Below, in pieces: positions 17,993-26,881 of a stretch of DNA of 64,000 bases. How positions within the stretch are numbered: position 1 is the stretch's first letter; the number at the start of each line of letters is the position of its first letter. Origin of the DNA: Chthoniobacterales bacterium. Lineage in GTDB: Bacteria; Verrucomicrobiota; Verrucomicrobiia; Chthoniobacterales; Chthoniobacteraceae. Where the stretch lies: NCBI GenBank assembly GCA_038207335.1, contig JBBQZX010000022.1, forward strand, positions 31,109 to 95,108. The letters run 5' to 3'. A model generated the notes under the pieces. The model saw only the letters and a program-made list of their open reading frames with translations. It had not been told where the DNA came from and made no database searches. A program made the position numbers and the translations under genes.

Positions 17993-19420
17993 ATGAAAGC
18001 GCACCTTCTCCTCTCCTGTTTCTCCGCCATCGTGCTTTCGCTCAGTCTCACGACGAGCCGCGCCGACGATTTTCCCGCGCCGAAATCGCTCGGCGATGTG
18101 AGCAGCCATGGCCGCAACATCCAGCGCTCCATGCGGCTCATGGCTACGAGCACGCCGGAGCATCGCAACACCGTGCGTGTGCTCTTCTACGGCCAGAGCA
18201 TCACGGAGCAGGGTTGGTGGAAGATCGTCGCGGATGACCTGCGCACGCGCTTTCCCAACGCGAATCTCATCATCGAAAACCGCGCTCTCGGCGGCTTCGC
18301 CTCGCAGATGCTCGTGAAGACGGCGGAGACGGACCTGTATCCGTTCCAGCCCGACCTGCTCATCTTTCACGTCTATGGCGCGCACGATAAATACGAGGAC
18401 ATCATCCGCCGCGTGCGCGAGCAGACGTGCGCGGAGATTTTGCAGCAAAACGATCACGTCACCAAACCTGAGCATCTCAGCGAGGAGACCGATCCGGCCA
18501 AGGTGCCGATCCAGAGCGGCAAATGGGACGCCTTCATGAACCACAACTGGCTGCCTTCGCTCGCGCGGAAATACAGCACCGAGCTCTGCGATCAGCGCGC
18601 GCTGTGGAAGCAGTATTTGCGCGACTACGACCTCGAGCCGAAGGCGCTGCTCAAGGACAGCGTGCATCTCAACGCGCACGGCGAATTCGTGATGGCGGAG
18701 TTTGTGAAGACGCATCTGCGCTACGATCCGAAGCTCGGCCCATCGCCCGCGGAGGAGTGGGTGAAGACGCTCGAAGTCGGCAAGGACGTGCAATGGGTGG
18801 ATGGGAAACTGCGCGTCGAGTTCGAGGGGAATCGCGTGGAAGCGATTTGCAAACCCGGCAGCGCCGCGCCCGCCGAGGTGCGCATCGATGGCAGGAAACC
18901 GTCGGAAATTCCCGGGCTCTACGGTTTCACACGCGCGCTGGCAAAGCCGGGCGGCAAATGGCCGCCGATCGCGCCGATCACCTCGGAAAAGCCGCTACTG
19001 GTCGAGGACTGGACACTGGAGGTGAGCAAGGATCCCGCGCAGGAAAAGCTCTACACTTTCACCCTCGACGGCTCGAAAACCGGCCCCGATGGCGAGGGCC
19101 GCAGCGACATGAAATTCGTCTCAAAATCCGGCCACATCGCCATCGCGCCGGATGCGTGGAATGTCGAATTCGCCCTCGGCACGCTCGGCGGGCAAAAGCC
19201 CCTGCCGGAGAAATTCACGGTGCGCTGGAGCGTCGAGCGGCGGTTCGTCGATGAGTTCGTCTCGCCCGGAGTGAAAGACCCCGCGATCGAAACGACAGTC
19301 ACGCTCGCGCAAGGGCTCGCGAACACGAAGCACACACTCGAAATCATCGGCAGCGCGCAGACGCCGATCGCCGCGCTGCGCATCTACCAGCCACCGCTCG
19401 ACCGCGGGGTGGGGAAATAG
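17993..19420 (+). CDS. Secreted SGNH/GDSL-like hydrolase
   Basis: Signal peptide, block I FYGQSIT, NRALGG and DSVH (DxxH). Start set at MKAHLLL. Confidence 0.75.
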   Translation: MKAHLLLSCFSAIVLSLSLTTSRADDFPAPKSLGDVSSHGRNIQRSMRLMATSTPEHRNTVRVLFYGQSITEQGWWKIVADDLRTRFPNANLIIENRALGGFASQMLVKTAETDLYPFQPDLLIFHVYGAHDKYEDIIRRVREQTCAEILQQNDHVTKPEHLSEETDPAKVPIQSGKWDAFMNHNWLPSLARKYSTELCDQRALWKQYLRDYDLEPKALLKDSVHLNAHGEFVMAEFVKTHLRYDPKLGPSPAEEWVKTLEVGKDVQWVDGKLRVEFEGNRVEAICKPGSAAPAEVRIDGRKPSEIPGLYGFTRALAKPGGKWPPIAPITSEKPLLVEDWTLEVSKDPAQEKLYTFTLDGSKTGPDGEGRSDMKFVSKSGHIAIAPDAWNVEFALGTLGGQKPLPEKFTVRWSVERRFVDEFVSPGVKDPAIETTVTLAQGLANTKHTLEIIGSAQTPIAALRIYQPPLDRGVGK

Positions 19421-19432
19421 CAAGCCGCGACC

Positions 19433-20902
19433 GTGAATGTGAAACGCTTTCGCAACCCCGGTTTCGCGCGAGTATGGAGTCCGTTGTTGAGGGGCGCGGT
19501 GGGAAAATCAATCGTGCCTTCCGCGTTTCTCGCGGTCATCGCGGCGCTGGGAATCCTCTGCGGATGGGCATTCGCAGCCGATCCGGGCACGCTTTCGGTA
19601 AAGCCGCGGCTGCTCGTGCTCACGGATATCGGCGGCGACCCGGACGATCAGCAGGCGATGGTGCGGCTACTTGTTCACTCGAATGAATTCGAGATCGAGG
19701 GGCTGATCGCGAGCGCTTCAGGAACGCCGGGCGAGCTGAAGGATCGCGTCACGAAGCCGCAGATCATCCGCGAGCTGGTCGGGGCGTACGCGAAGGTGCT
19801 GCCCAATCTGCTCAAGCACGCAGTGGGGTTCCCGAGCGCCGAGGCGCTGCTCGCGGTCGTGAAGTCGGGAAATCCGGAGCGCGGACGCGATGCGATCGGA
19901 GAAGGGCGTGATACCGAGGGCTCACGGTGGATCATCGCGTGCGCGGACAAGGCGGATGCGCGTCCACTGAACATCGCAATATGGGGCGGGCAGACCGATC
20001 TCGCGCAGGCGCTCTGGCGTGTGCGGGAGGAGCGCGGCGCGACGGGCTCCGCAAAGTTTCAGGTACATCTGCGGGTGTTCGACATCGATGATCAGGATAG
20101 GATTCACGATTGGCTCTTCGCGGAATTTCCCGACGTTTTCTACGTGCTCTCGAAAGCGCCGAAAGGCTTGGACAAAAGACTCGGTGCGTATCGCGGGATG
20201 TATCTCGGCGGGGATGAATCGCTGACTTCACTCTCATGGCTGGACGAGCACGTCCGCACCAATCATGGCCCGCTCGGCGCGCTGTATCCGCCGAAGACAT
20301 CGACCGCCCCGAACCCGCAAAAGGCACTGAAGGAAGGCGATACGCCGTCGTGGTTATTCTTTTTGTCGAATGGCCTCTGCGATCCTGGGCATCCCGAGTG
20401 GGGCGGCTGGGGCGGGCGCTACGTGAAAGAATCGCACGGCCTTTTTCGCGATGCGAAGGACGCCGTTGGTGGTGTGACCGAAGCGCGCGCAACGGTCTGG
20501 CGCTGGCGACCCGCGTTTCAAAATGAATTCGCCGCGCGCATGGAGTGGTGCGTCGCGGACGACTTTGCGAAAGCCAATCACCCGCCCACAGCGTTCCTAA
20601 ATGGCGATAGGACCACCGACGCCGTGACGATCGCCGCGAGGCGCGGTGAAGGCGTCGCGCTTTCCTCCGCCGACTCGAGCGACCCCGATGGCAATGCGCT
20701 CGATGCACGGTGGTTCATTTATCGCGAAGCAAGCACGGGCGCGGACGGTGTACGCCTTTCTGCAGAAAGGGGCGAAAGCGTGCGCCTCACGCTGCCGACG
20801 GACAGCGCGCCGGGCACGGTCCACGTTATCCTTTCGCTTACGGATAGCGGCACGCCGCCGCTCACGCGCTATCGCCGCGCTGTCGTTACTTTCTCCAAAT
20901 GA
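19433..20902 (+). CDS. DUF1593 nucleoside-hydrolase-like protein with C-terminal Ig-like domain
   Basis: VLTDIGGDPDDQQAMVRLL, WGG, EGDTPS, WGGWGGR, ARMEWC and ANHPP. The true start may be the GTG at 19514. Confidence 0.85.
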   Translation: MNVKRFRNPGFARVWSPLLRGAVGKSIVPSAFLAVIAALGILCGWAFAADPGTLSVKPRLLVLTDIGGDPDDQQAMVRLLVHSNEFEIEGLIASASGTPGELKDRVTKPQIIRELVGAYAKVLPNLLKHAVGFPSAEALLAVVKSGNPERGRDAIGEGRDTEGSRWIIACADKADARPLNIAIWGGQTDLAQALWRVREERGATGSAKFQVHLRVFDIDDQDRIHDWLFAEFPDVFYVLSKAPKGLDKRLGAYRGMYLGGDESLTSLSWLDEHVRTNHGPLGALYPPKTSTAPNPQKALKEGDTPSWLFFLSNGLCDPGHPEWGGWGGRYVKESHGLFRDAKDAVGGVTEARATVWRWRPAFQNEFAARMEWCVADDFAKANHPPTAFLNGDRTTDAVTIAARRGEGVALSSADSSDPDGNALDARWFIYREASTGADGVRLSAERGESVRLTLPTDSAPGTVHVILSLTDSGTPPLTRYRRAVVTFSK

Positions 20903-20989
20903 AAACGCTCATCGGATCGCTCCCTTGTCCGCGCCGGGCAGCTCGGGAAGGTGACATCGTCTAGGCAGCGTTAGAATGCACGCGAAGCT

Positions 20990-22093
20990 TCACGGTTTGG
21001 CGTTGCCGGTGATATCCGAGAGAAGTCTGAAAAAGGCGCTCTTGCGCTCAGAACTAATTCCCCAGTTGACGGGCGGGGATTGGTAGCCCTCATCCAGTGA
21101 CTCACCTTTCCGCCGGTAGTCGAACCATCCCCACGAGACGTGGTTAGCGATGGCGGTCGTGAAGTTGTTCACGGGTTGGTCGAATGCCTCGTGATCGTCC
21201 TCGTTGATGAGCACCGGCATGGGCTTGTAGGTCGGCAGTGAGCGAGTCTTGCGAATCAGGTCGGTAATTTGTCCCGGCTCCTTCGCGCCGTTGCCGTGGA
21301 TGAGCGCGAAATTCGATGAGGCGATCGCACTGGCCGATGGCACGACTCGCCCGCCAAACGATGTGCCCACGAGCAACATGTGGCCGTCGCGGCCTTTCGT
21401 CGTGCGCACACGCTCGATCAGTTCGGACACGCGATCGGGCCGCAGGATCGGCGGCTGATAGGTTGGGTTCGACTCGTTGTTGATCTCGACCAACACATTG
21501 CGCCAGCCGCCATCCAACAGCCAGCGCGTGGCTGCATCGGTCGCACGGATCGCCGCGTCGTCTCCCCCGAGCCGCGGTGATTGTCCGAAGTAAAAGTAAC
21601 CCAGGATAACGACCATCCCTTGCTCGTCCGCCGCATCCAGCACACGCCCCATCCGTACCGCGAACTCCGGTCGCAACTTCCCTTCCGCGGTGAACGCCCC
21701 GCTTTCCCACGCTTGCCCCTTGGAGTAGCCCTCCGGCGAGCCCCCTTGGAAATTCACCGTCACCGCGAGCAACCCATGCGCCTTCCACACCGGCAGCACC
21801 GCGATGAACTCGCGCACATTCCGCTCCGCATCCCACTTCCCGGTATCGGCATATGCCCAGCGCTTCGCCGTCTCGGGGTTCAAGTCATCGTAAGTCGCCT
21901 GTACCATCCGCGAGTTGAGCAGCAGCCCTGCGATGCGATGTCCATCCCACGAGCGTCCGGCATAGGAGGGCTGGCCGTTGATGTGAAAGTCTTCACCGAC
22001 AATGCTGACGGTTGTCTTCCCGGGAGCCGCGGCGATGGCTATGGCGGGGCGGGTCAGCAATGACAGTATCGCGAATAGGACTACTCCGTTCAC
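20990..22093 (-). CDS. Secreted glycoside-hydrolase-like protein (clan GH-A/GH5-like TIM barrel)
   Basis: Signal peptide, VEINNE putative acid/base, a later INED and a GMVVILGYFY strand. Confidence 0.6.
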   Translation of the reverse strand: MNGVVLFAILSLLTRPAIAIAAAPGKTTVSIVGEDFHINGQPSYAGRSWDGHRIAGLLLNSRMVQATYDDLNPETAKRWAYADTGKWDAERNVREFIAVLPVWKAHGLLAVTVNFQGGSPEGYSKGQAWESGAFTAEGKLRPEFAVRMGRVLDAADEQGMVVILGYFYFGQSPRLGGDDAAIRATDAATRWLLDGGWRNVLVEINNESNPTYQPPILRPDRVSELIERVRTTKGRDGHMLLVGTSFGGRVVPSASAIASSNFALIHGNGAKEPGQITDLIRKTRSLPTYKPMPVLINEDDHEAFDQPVNNFTTAIANHVSWGWFDYRRKGESLDEGYQSPPVNWGISSERKSAFFRLLSDITGNAKP

Positions 22094-24738
22094 GGATTGA
22101 ACATCGCGTTCGACTTATCGCCACCACTCAGCACGTAGGCGAGTAAATCGAGGATTTCCTCCTTCGTCAGCATGGACAGCAGCATCGGCGGCATCGCGGA
22201 CACTTTGCTCGGTTCGATGCTTTTGACTTCCTTGCGATCCACGGTTACGCGCTGCCAGGGATCGGCGAGGTCGGTGTTCACCGTTACGGTGTCGCCGCTC
22301 AAGTTCACCACGACGCCAGAGAGAGTGTCGCCGTTGTTTTTGGTGATGACGAGGGGAGTGAACTGTTCATTGATCTCCTTGCTGGGATTGATGATCTGAT
22401 CGAGCAGGTCGTGCGGGCTGTAACGTCCGCCAGCGCCGGTCAGGTCGGGGCCGGTCATCCCGCCTTCGTTACCAAAACGATGGCAGGTGTAACAGGCGGC
22501 GGCACCGAACATCTTCCGCCCATTGTCGAAGCTGCGGACTTTGAGGCCGGTCTTCGCGGCGGCGCTGAGTTCGTCGAGGGTCCACATCGTCGGCGTGCGT
22601 CCGAAGAAGATCGCGCCGACGTTTTCGATGGCGGACTTGCGCTCAGGCTTCTTGGCAATGAGCGCGGCGTGCTCGGTTTTCTCGGCGTCGGTGAAGGTCG
22701 CGAGCGAGTCGTTGCGGATGAACTCGATGAATTTGTCAAAGCTCGCGCCGCCGCGGTAGTTAGCCGCCTTGGCAAACCATTCGAGTTGCGCGGTGCGGAG
22801 TTCTTTCGTCCAGCCAGTCTTCAACATGCGGAGGCTGCGGGCGTATTCGACCTGCGGTTCCTGGCTCGCTGCCGCGGCGATCAGAGCCATGCCTTTGGCC
22901 GCGGCGGTCGGACTTTGCAGATAGACGAGGGTCTCGCAGAGCAGCCAGTTTTGCTCGAAGGAGGCGGCGGGAAAGAGTGGGTCGAGCTTGGCGATGAGTT
23001 GCTGGACAGTCGCGTCATCCGGGCGATCGAAGCGGTTGAGCGTGATCTCGATGGTGCGCAGCGCGGTTAGTTGCTGGACTTGGGGCAGCTTCGCGAGATC
23101 GAGCTTGAGTAAGGCGGCTAGAAGCTTGCCCCGCAACGCGCTGTCCACAGGCTTCGTGTCGGCCTCGCGATGTTGCGGGCACACACCGGCGGCGCGAGCG
23201 AGCGCCATGAGGGCTTCGACTTGCTTTGCGGGATCGGTCTCCGCGAGCGCTTTGTCGCTCCACTCGCCGATGGGTTGGTGTTCGATGGCGGTGCGCGCGG
23301 CCCAGCGGATGAAGCGGTCTTTGTCGCCGAGATGCGGCCACGCCTTCGCGACGGCTTGCGGGTCTTGCCTGCCGTGGAAAGCCTCGAGTTGATGCCGCAG
23401 ATCACGCGCGGGACTCGCGGTGGCTGTGACTTCCACGGGCGCGGTGCTTTCACTCCCGGCGTAAGTCACTCGATAAAGGCCGGACTGCACCTTCCTCCCT
23501 CCGATGGCGAAATACATCGCGCCGTCTTGCGGAAGAATGATGGCATCGGCCATCGGCAACGGCGTGCCGCTGAGGAATTCCTCCTTGGTTGCCTTGTAAC
23601 TCGCACCTTCAGGCTCGAGATGGATCGCGTAGAGTTTGCCCCAGCTCCAATCGAGCACGAAGAGCGCGCGCTGATACTTCGCGGGAAATTTTGCGCCATA
23701 CCCAAAGGTCGTGCCTGTGGGCGAGCCTGGGCCAATGTTGTTCGCGGCTGGCAGGTTGTCGGGATAAAACTCCGGCCGTTTGCCCGCGCCATTGCGCCAG
23801 CCAAATTCCGCGCCGCTCACGACGTGATTGATGCGCGTAGGCCGATACCACGGAGTGTTGAAGTCATACTCCATGTCAGCGTCGTAAGTGAATAGCTCAC
23901 CGTCGTGATTGACTGCTGCGTCGAAGATATTGCGAAAGCCCGAGGCAAAGACCTCGAACTGTTTCCCATCCGGCGACACCCGGTAGATGATGCCGCCGGG
24001 AGCCATCGTATCGCGCATGAAGCCGCGCCCATCCGGCATCCGCGGAAGCAGATGATCCTCGCCCCAGATTGCCGGAACCGGAGAGCTGCCCGCAAACTGC
24101 GTCGGTTTTGCGCTATCGCCGCAGACGAGATACAGAGCCTTCCCATCCGGCGTGGGCAGCACGGCGTGGACGCCATGATCGCCCTTCGTTTCGATGGCGC
24201 GTAGCAGCTCCACTTTGTCGAGTTGATCGTCGCCGTTGCTATCGGTGATTCGATAAAGTCCGCCCGGTATCTTCGACTCGTAGTCGTTCACCCCGACGTA
24301 GAGCGCACCGAATGCGAACAGCATCCCATTCACCGCGCGGATCTCCGCCGGCACCTTCTCGATCTTCGTCGGATCGAGCGCCTGCCCGGCGGGCGGCGGG
24401 GTAAAGCGATAGAGCCCGCCGTATTGGTCGCTTGCATAGATGCGGCCCTTGTCATCGCTGCAAAGATTCACCCACGACCCTTGCTCAGCGCCGGGCACAG
24501 AATAGAGCAGCTCCACTTTGAAGTCCTTCGCCGTCTTGATCCGCGAAACGGGCGTGGCGGTGTTTTCGCCAATGGCTTCACCCACCGCTGTCTGACGAGG
24601 CTTCGCTTTGGCGTTAGGCTTCTTTGGCACCTCCGCCTGAGCGACGGTCAGTGTCGGAGCCTGGCGAAGGTCGCTCTCGGCGGCGTGGAGGGTGGCGCAG
24701 GCGAGTAATGGGAGAAGGAACGTGAGGGGTCGTTTCAT
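22090..24738 (-). CDS. PVC-type heme-binding cytochrome c / beta-propeller dehydrogenase-like protein
   Basis: Signal peptide, propeller motifs (GFRNIFD, YDADME, GPGSPTG), helical repeats, C-terminal CYTCH, GPDLT and SAMP...LT.EEILDLLAY. Confidence 0.88.
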   Translation of the reverse strand: MKRPLTFLLPLLACATLHAAESDLRQAPTLTVAQAEVPKKPNAKAKPRQTAVGEAIGENTATPVSRIKTAKDFKVELLYSVPGAEQGSWVNLCSDDKGRIYASDQYGGLYRFTPPPAGQALDPTKIEKVPAEIRAVNGMLFAFGALYVGVNDYESKIPGGLYRITDSNGDDQLDKVELLRAIETKGDHGVHAVLPTPDGKALYLVCGDSAKPTQFAGSSPVPAIWGEDHLLPRMPDGRGFMRDTMAPGGIIYRVSPDGKQFEVFASGFRNIFDAAVNHDGELFTYDADMEYDFNTPWYRPTRINHVVSGAEFGWRNGAGKRPEFYPDNLPAANNIGPGSPTGTTFGYGAKFPAKYQRALFVLDWSWGKLYAIHLEPEGASYKATKEEFLSGTPLPMADAIILPQDGAMYFAIGGRKVQSGLYRVTYAGSESTAPVEVTATASPARDLRHQLEAFHGRQDPQAVAKAWPHLGDKDRFIRWAARTAIEHQPIGEWSDKALAETDPAKQVEALMALARAAGVCPQHREADTKPVDSALRGKLLAALLKLDLAKLPQVQQLTALRTIEITLNRFDRPDDATVQQLIAKLDPLFPAASFEQNWLLCETLVYLQSPTAAAKGMALIAAAASQEPQVEYARSLRMLKTGWTKELRTAQLEWFAKAANYRGGASFDKFIEFIRNDSLATFTDAEKTEHAALIAKKPERKSAIENVGAIFFGRTPTMWTLDELSAAAKTGLKVRSFDNGRKMFGAAACYTCHRFGNEGGMTGPDLTGAGGRYSPHDLLDQIINPSKEINEQFTPLVITKNNGDTLSGVVVNLSGDTVTVNTDLADPWQRVTVDRKEVKSIEPSKVSAMPPMLLSMLTKEEILDLLAYVLSGGDKSNAMFNP

Positions 24739-25115
24739 GGATTGGATTGAGGAGAGTATTGGCAGCCGAAGCAATCAAGGAGCTTCGTCCCATTTCGGGA
24801 GGCACGTCGGCCAGCGCCAAATCCCCCAACGCCGCGCAGACATTTTCGCGGGGCAAGGGGAAGTGCGCTTGCATAAATCGCGCATCGCCCGGACTCTCCG
24901 CGTTCGTTTTGCAGCGCGCGACCTCCCTCCTCTCCGTAGATCACCCCGCCGTCGTGCTCCGCTTTTGAGCCGCTGAGGACCGCGGGCTGGCGTGCCCCGG
25001 TCCGACGCTCCCACCTTTCCTCCGGCACTTCGCCGTTCTGGCGATGCACGTTGCTTTCCTTGGGCACACGGGCCGCGAAGGGCTCCCGACTTTGCCCCGT
25101 GCTTTTCCGAATTTC

Positions 25116-26597
25116 ATGTTCACCAAAAATCTATCCAAAGAGTGGCTCTCAAATATCCGCGGCGATCTGCTCGCGGGCATCGTCGTCGCGCTGGCGCTCA
25201 TCCCCGAGGCCATCGCGTTCTCCATCATCGCGGGCGTCGATCCGAAGGTCGGGCTGTATGCCTCGTTCTGCATCGCGGTGCTCACCGCGATCTTCGGCGG
25301 ACGGCCCGCCATGATCTCCGCGGCCACGGCAGCCACGGCCCTCCTCATGGTCACGCTCGTGAAAGAGCACGGCTTGCAATACCTGCTCGCGGCCACGGTG
25401 CTGACGGGCGTCCTGCAAGTCATCGCGGGCGCCCTCCGCATCGGCAGCATCATGCGCTTCGTCTCGCGCTCAGTCATGACCGGCTTCGTGAACGCCCTCG
25501 CGATCCTCATCTTCATGGCGCAGTTGCCCGAGTTCAAAGGCGCGGGCGTCACCGTCTATGTCATGGTCGCCGCGGGGCTCGCCATCATCTACCTGTTGCC
25601 GCGCCTCACCAAAGCAGTGCCCTCTCCGCTCGTCGCCATCATCGTCCTCACCATCATCTCCATGATCTGGAGGCTCGACGTGCGCACCGTCGGCGACCTC
25701 GGCGAACTCCCCTCCACCCTCCCCATCTTCCTCTGGCCGCGAGTCCCCCTCTCCCTGGCCACACTCTGGATCGTCCTGCCCTACTCCCTGGGCATCGCCG
25801 CCGTCGGTCTCCTCGAGTCGCTCCTCACCGCCCAGATCGTCGATGAAATGACCGACACCTCCAGCGACAAAAACCGCGAGTGTACCGGCCAAGGCATCGC
25901 GAACTTCTTCTCCGGGCTCTTCGGCGGCATGGCCGGCTGCGCGATGATCGGCCAGTCCGTCATCAACGTGCGATCCGGCGGACGCGGCCGACTCTCCACC
26001 TTCACCGCGGGCGTCTTCCTCCTCATCCTCCTCGTGCTCCTGAACCCCTGGGTCAAACAAGTCCCCATGCCCGCGCTCGTCGCCGTCATGATCATGGTCT
26101 CCATCGGCACATTCTCCTGGGCATCCTTCAAAAACCTCCGCATCCATCCCAAGAGCACCAGCATCGTCATGATCGCCACGGTCGTCACCGTCGTTTGGAC
26201 GCACAATCTCGCCCTCGGCGTCGGCGTCGGCGTGCTCCTCAGCGCCCTCTCCTTCGCGCGCAAAGTCGCCCAAGTCATCCGCGTGCGGAGCGAAGTCGAC
26301 CCCGTCACCGACACGCGCACCTACACCGTCCAAGGCCAGGTCTTCTTCGCCTCCTCCTCCGAGTTCCTCGCCGCCTTCGACCTCAGGGAGACTGTGGCAA
26401 AAGTGCGCATCGACGTCAGCCACGCGCACTTCTGGGACCTCACCTCCGTCGGCGCTCTCGATAAAATCGTCCTCAAATTCCGCCGCGAAGGCGCCGAGGT
26501 CGAAATCGTCGACCTCAACGAAGCCAGCACCACCATCGTCGATCGCCTCGCCATCCATGACAAACCCGACGTCCTCGAGCGGATGCTCGAACACTAG
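25116..26597 (+). CDS. SulP family inorganic anion (sulfate) transporter with STAS domain
   Basis: [40 protein letters not shown] and STAS GQVFFAS..FWDLT. Confidence 0.93.
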   Translation: MFTKNLSKEWLSNIRGDLLAGIVVALALIPEAIAFSIIAGVDPKVGLYASFCIAVLTAIFGGRPAMISAATAATALLMVTLVKEHGLQYLLAATVLTGVLQVIAGALRIGSIMRFVSRSVMTGFVNALAILIFMAQLPEFKGAGVTVYVMVAAGLAIIYLLPRLTKAVPSPLVAIIVLTIISMIWRLDVRTVGDLGELPSTLPIFLWPRVPLSLATLWIVLPYSLGIAAVGLLESLLTAQIVDEMTDTSSDKNRECTGQGIANFFSGLFGGMAGCAMIGQSVINVRSGGRGRLSTFTAGVFLLILLVLLNPWVKQVPMPALVAVMIMVSIGTFSWASFKNLRIHPKSTSIVMIATVVTVVWTHNLALGVGVGVLLSALSFARKVAQVIRVRSEVDPVTDTRTYTVQGQVFFASSSEFLAAFDLRETVAKVRIDVSHAHFWDLTSVGALDKIVLKFRREGAEVEIVDLNEASTTIVDRLAIHDKPDVLERMLEH

Positions 26598-26620
26598 GCG
26601 CCAGCCAAACGCACACGTCG

Positions 26621-26682
26621 CCACCTCTCTGCCGTCCGGTGGAACGCCCGGAATGCGCGTTCCCACCTCTCTACCGTCCGGT
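26621..26682. repeat. Two 20-nt direct repeats (CCACCTCTCTRCCGTCCGGT) 42 nt apart
   Basis: Copies at 26621-40 and 26663-82 differ by one mismatch. Confidence 0.8.
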
Positions 26683-26881
26683 CGGAGGAATAAATTCCCA
26701 GGCGATTGCCTCCCGGGAGCCCGGCCGCCATCCGCTTCAACGCCGCACCCATCACCCGTCCCGCCGACCTCCCCACCCTCGCACCTCAAAGCCGAGTCCC
26801 ATCGAACACCGATTGCCACCCGCCGCGCGGGAGATTGCAACTCCGACCGGACGGGTGTGAAATTCCCCGTCCCTCCCGACC

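Noticed and set aside
24915..26682. Similar C-rich motifs on both sides of sulP as mobile-element ends
   Set aside because: The similarity is short and explained by local C-richness. No target duplication or transposase is seen.
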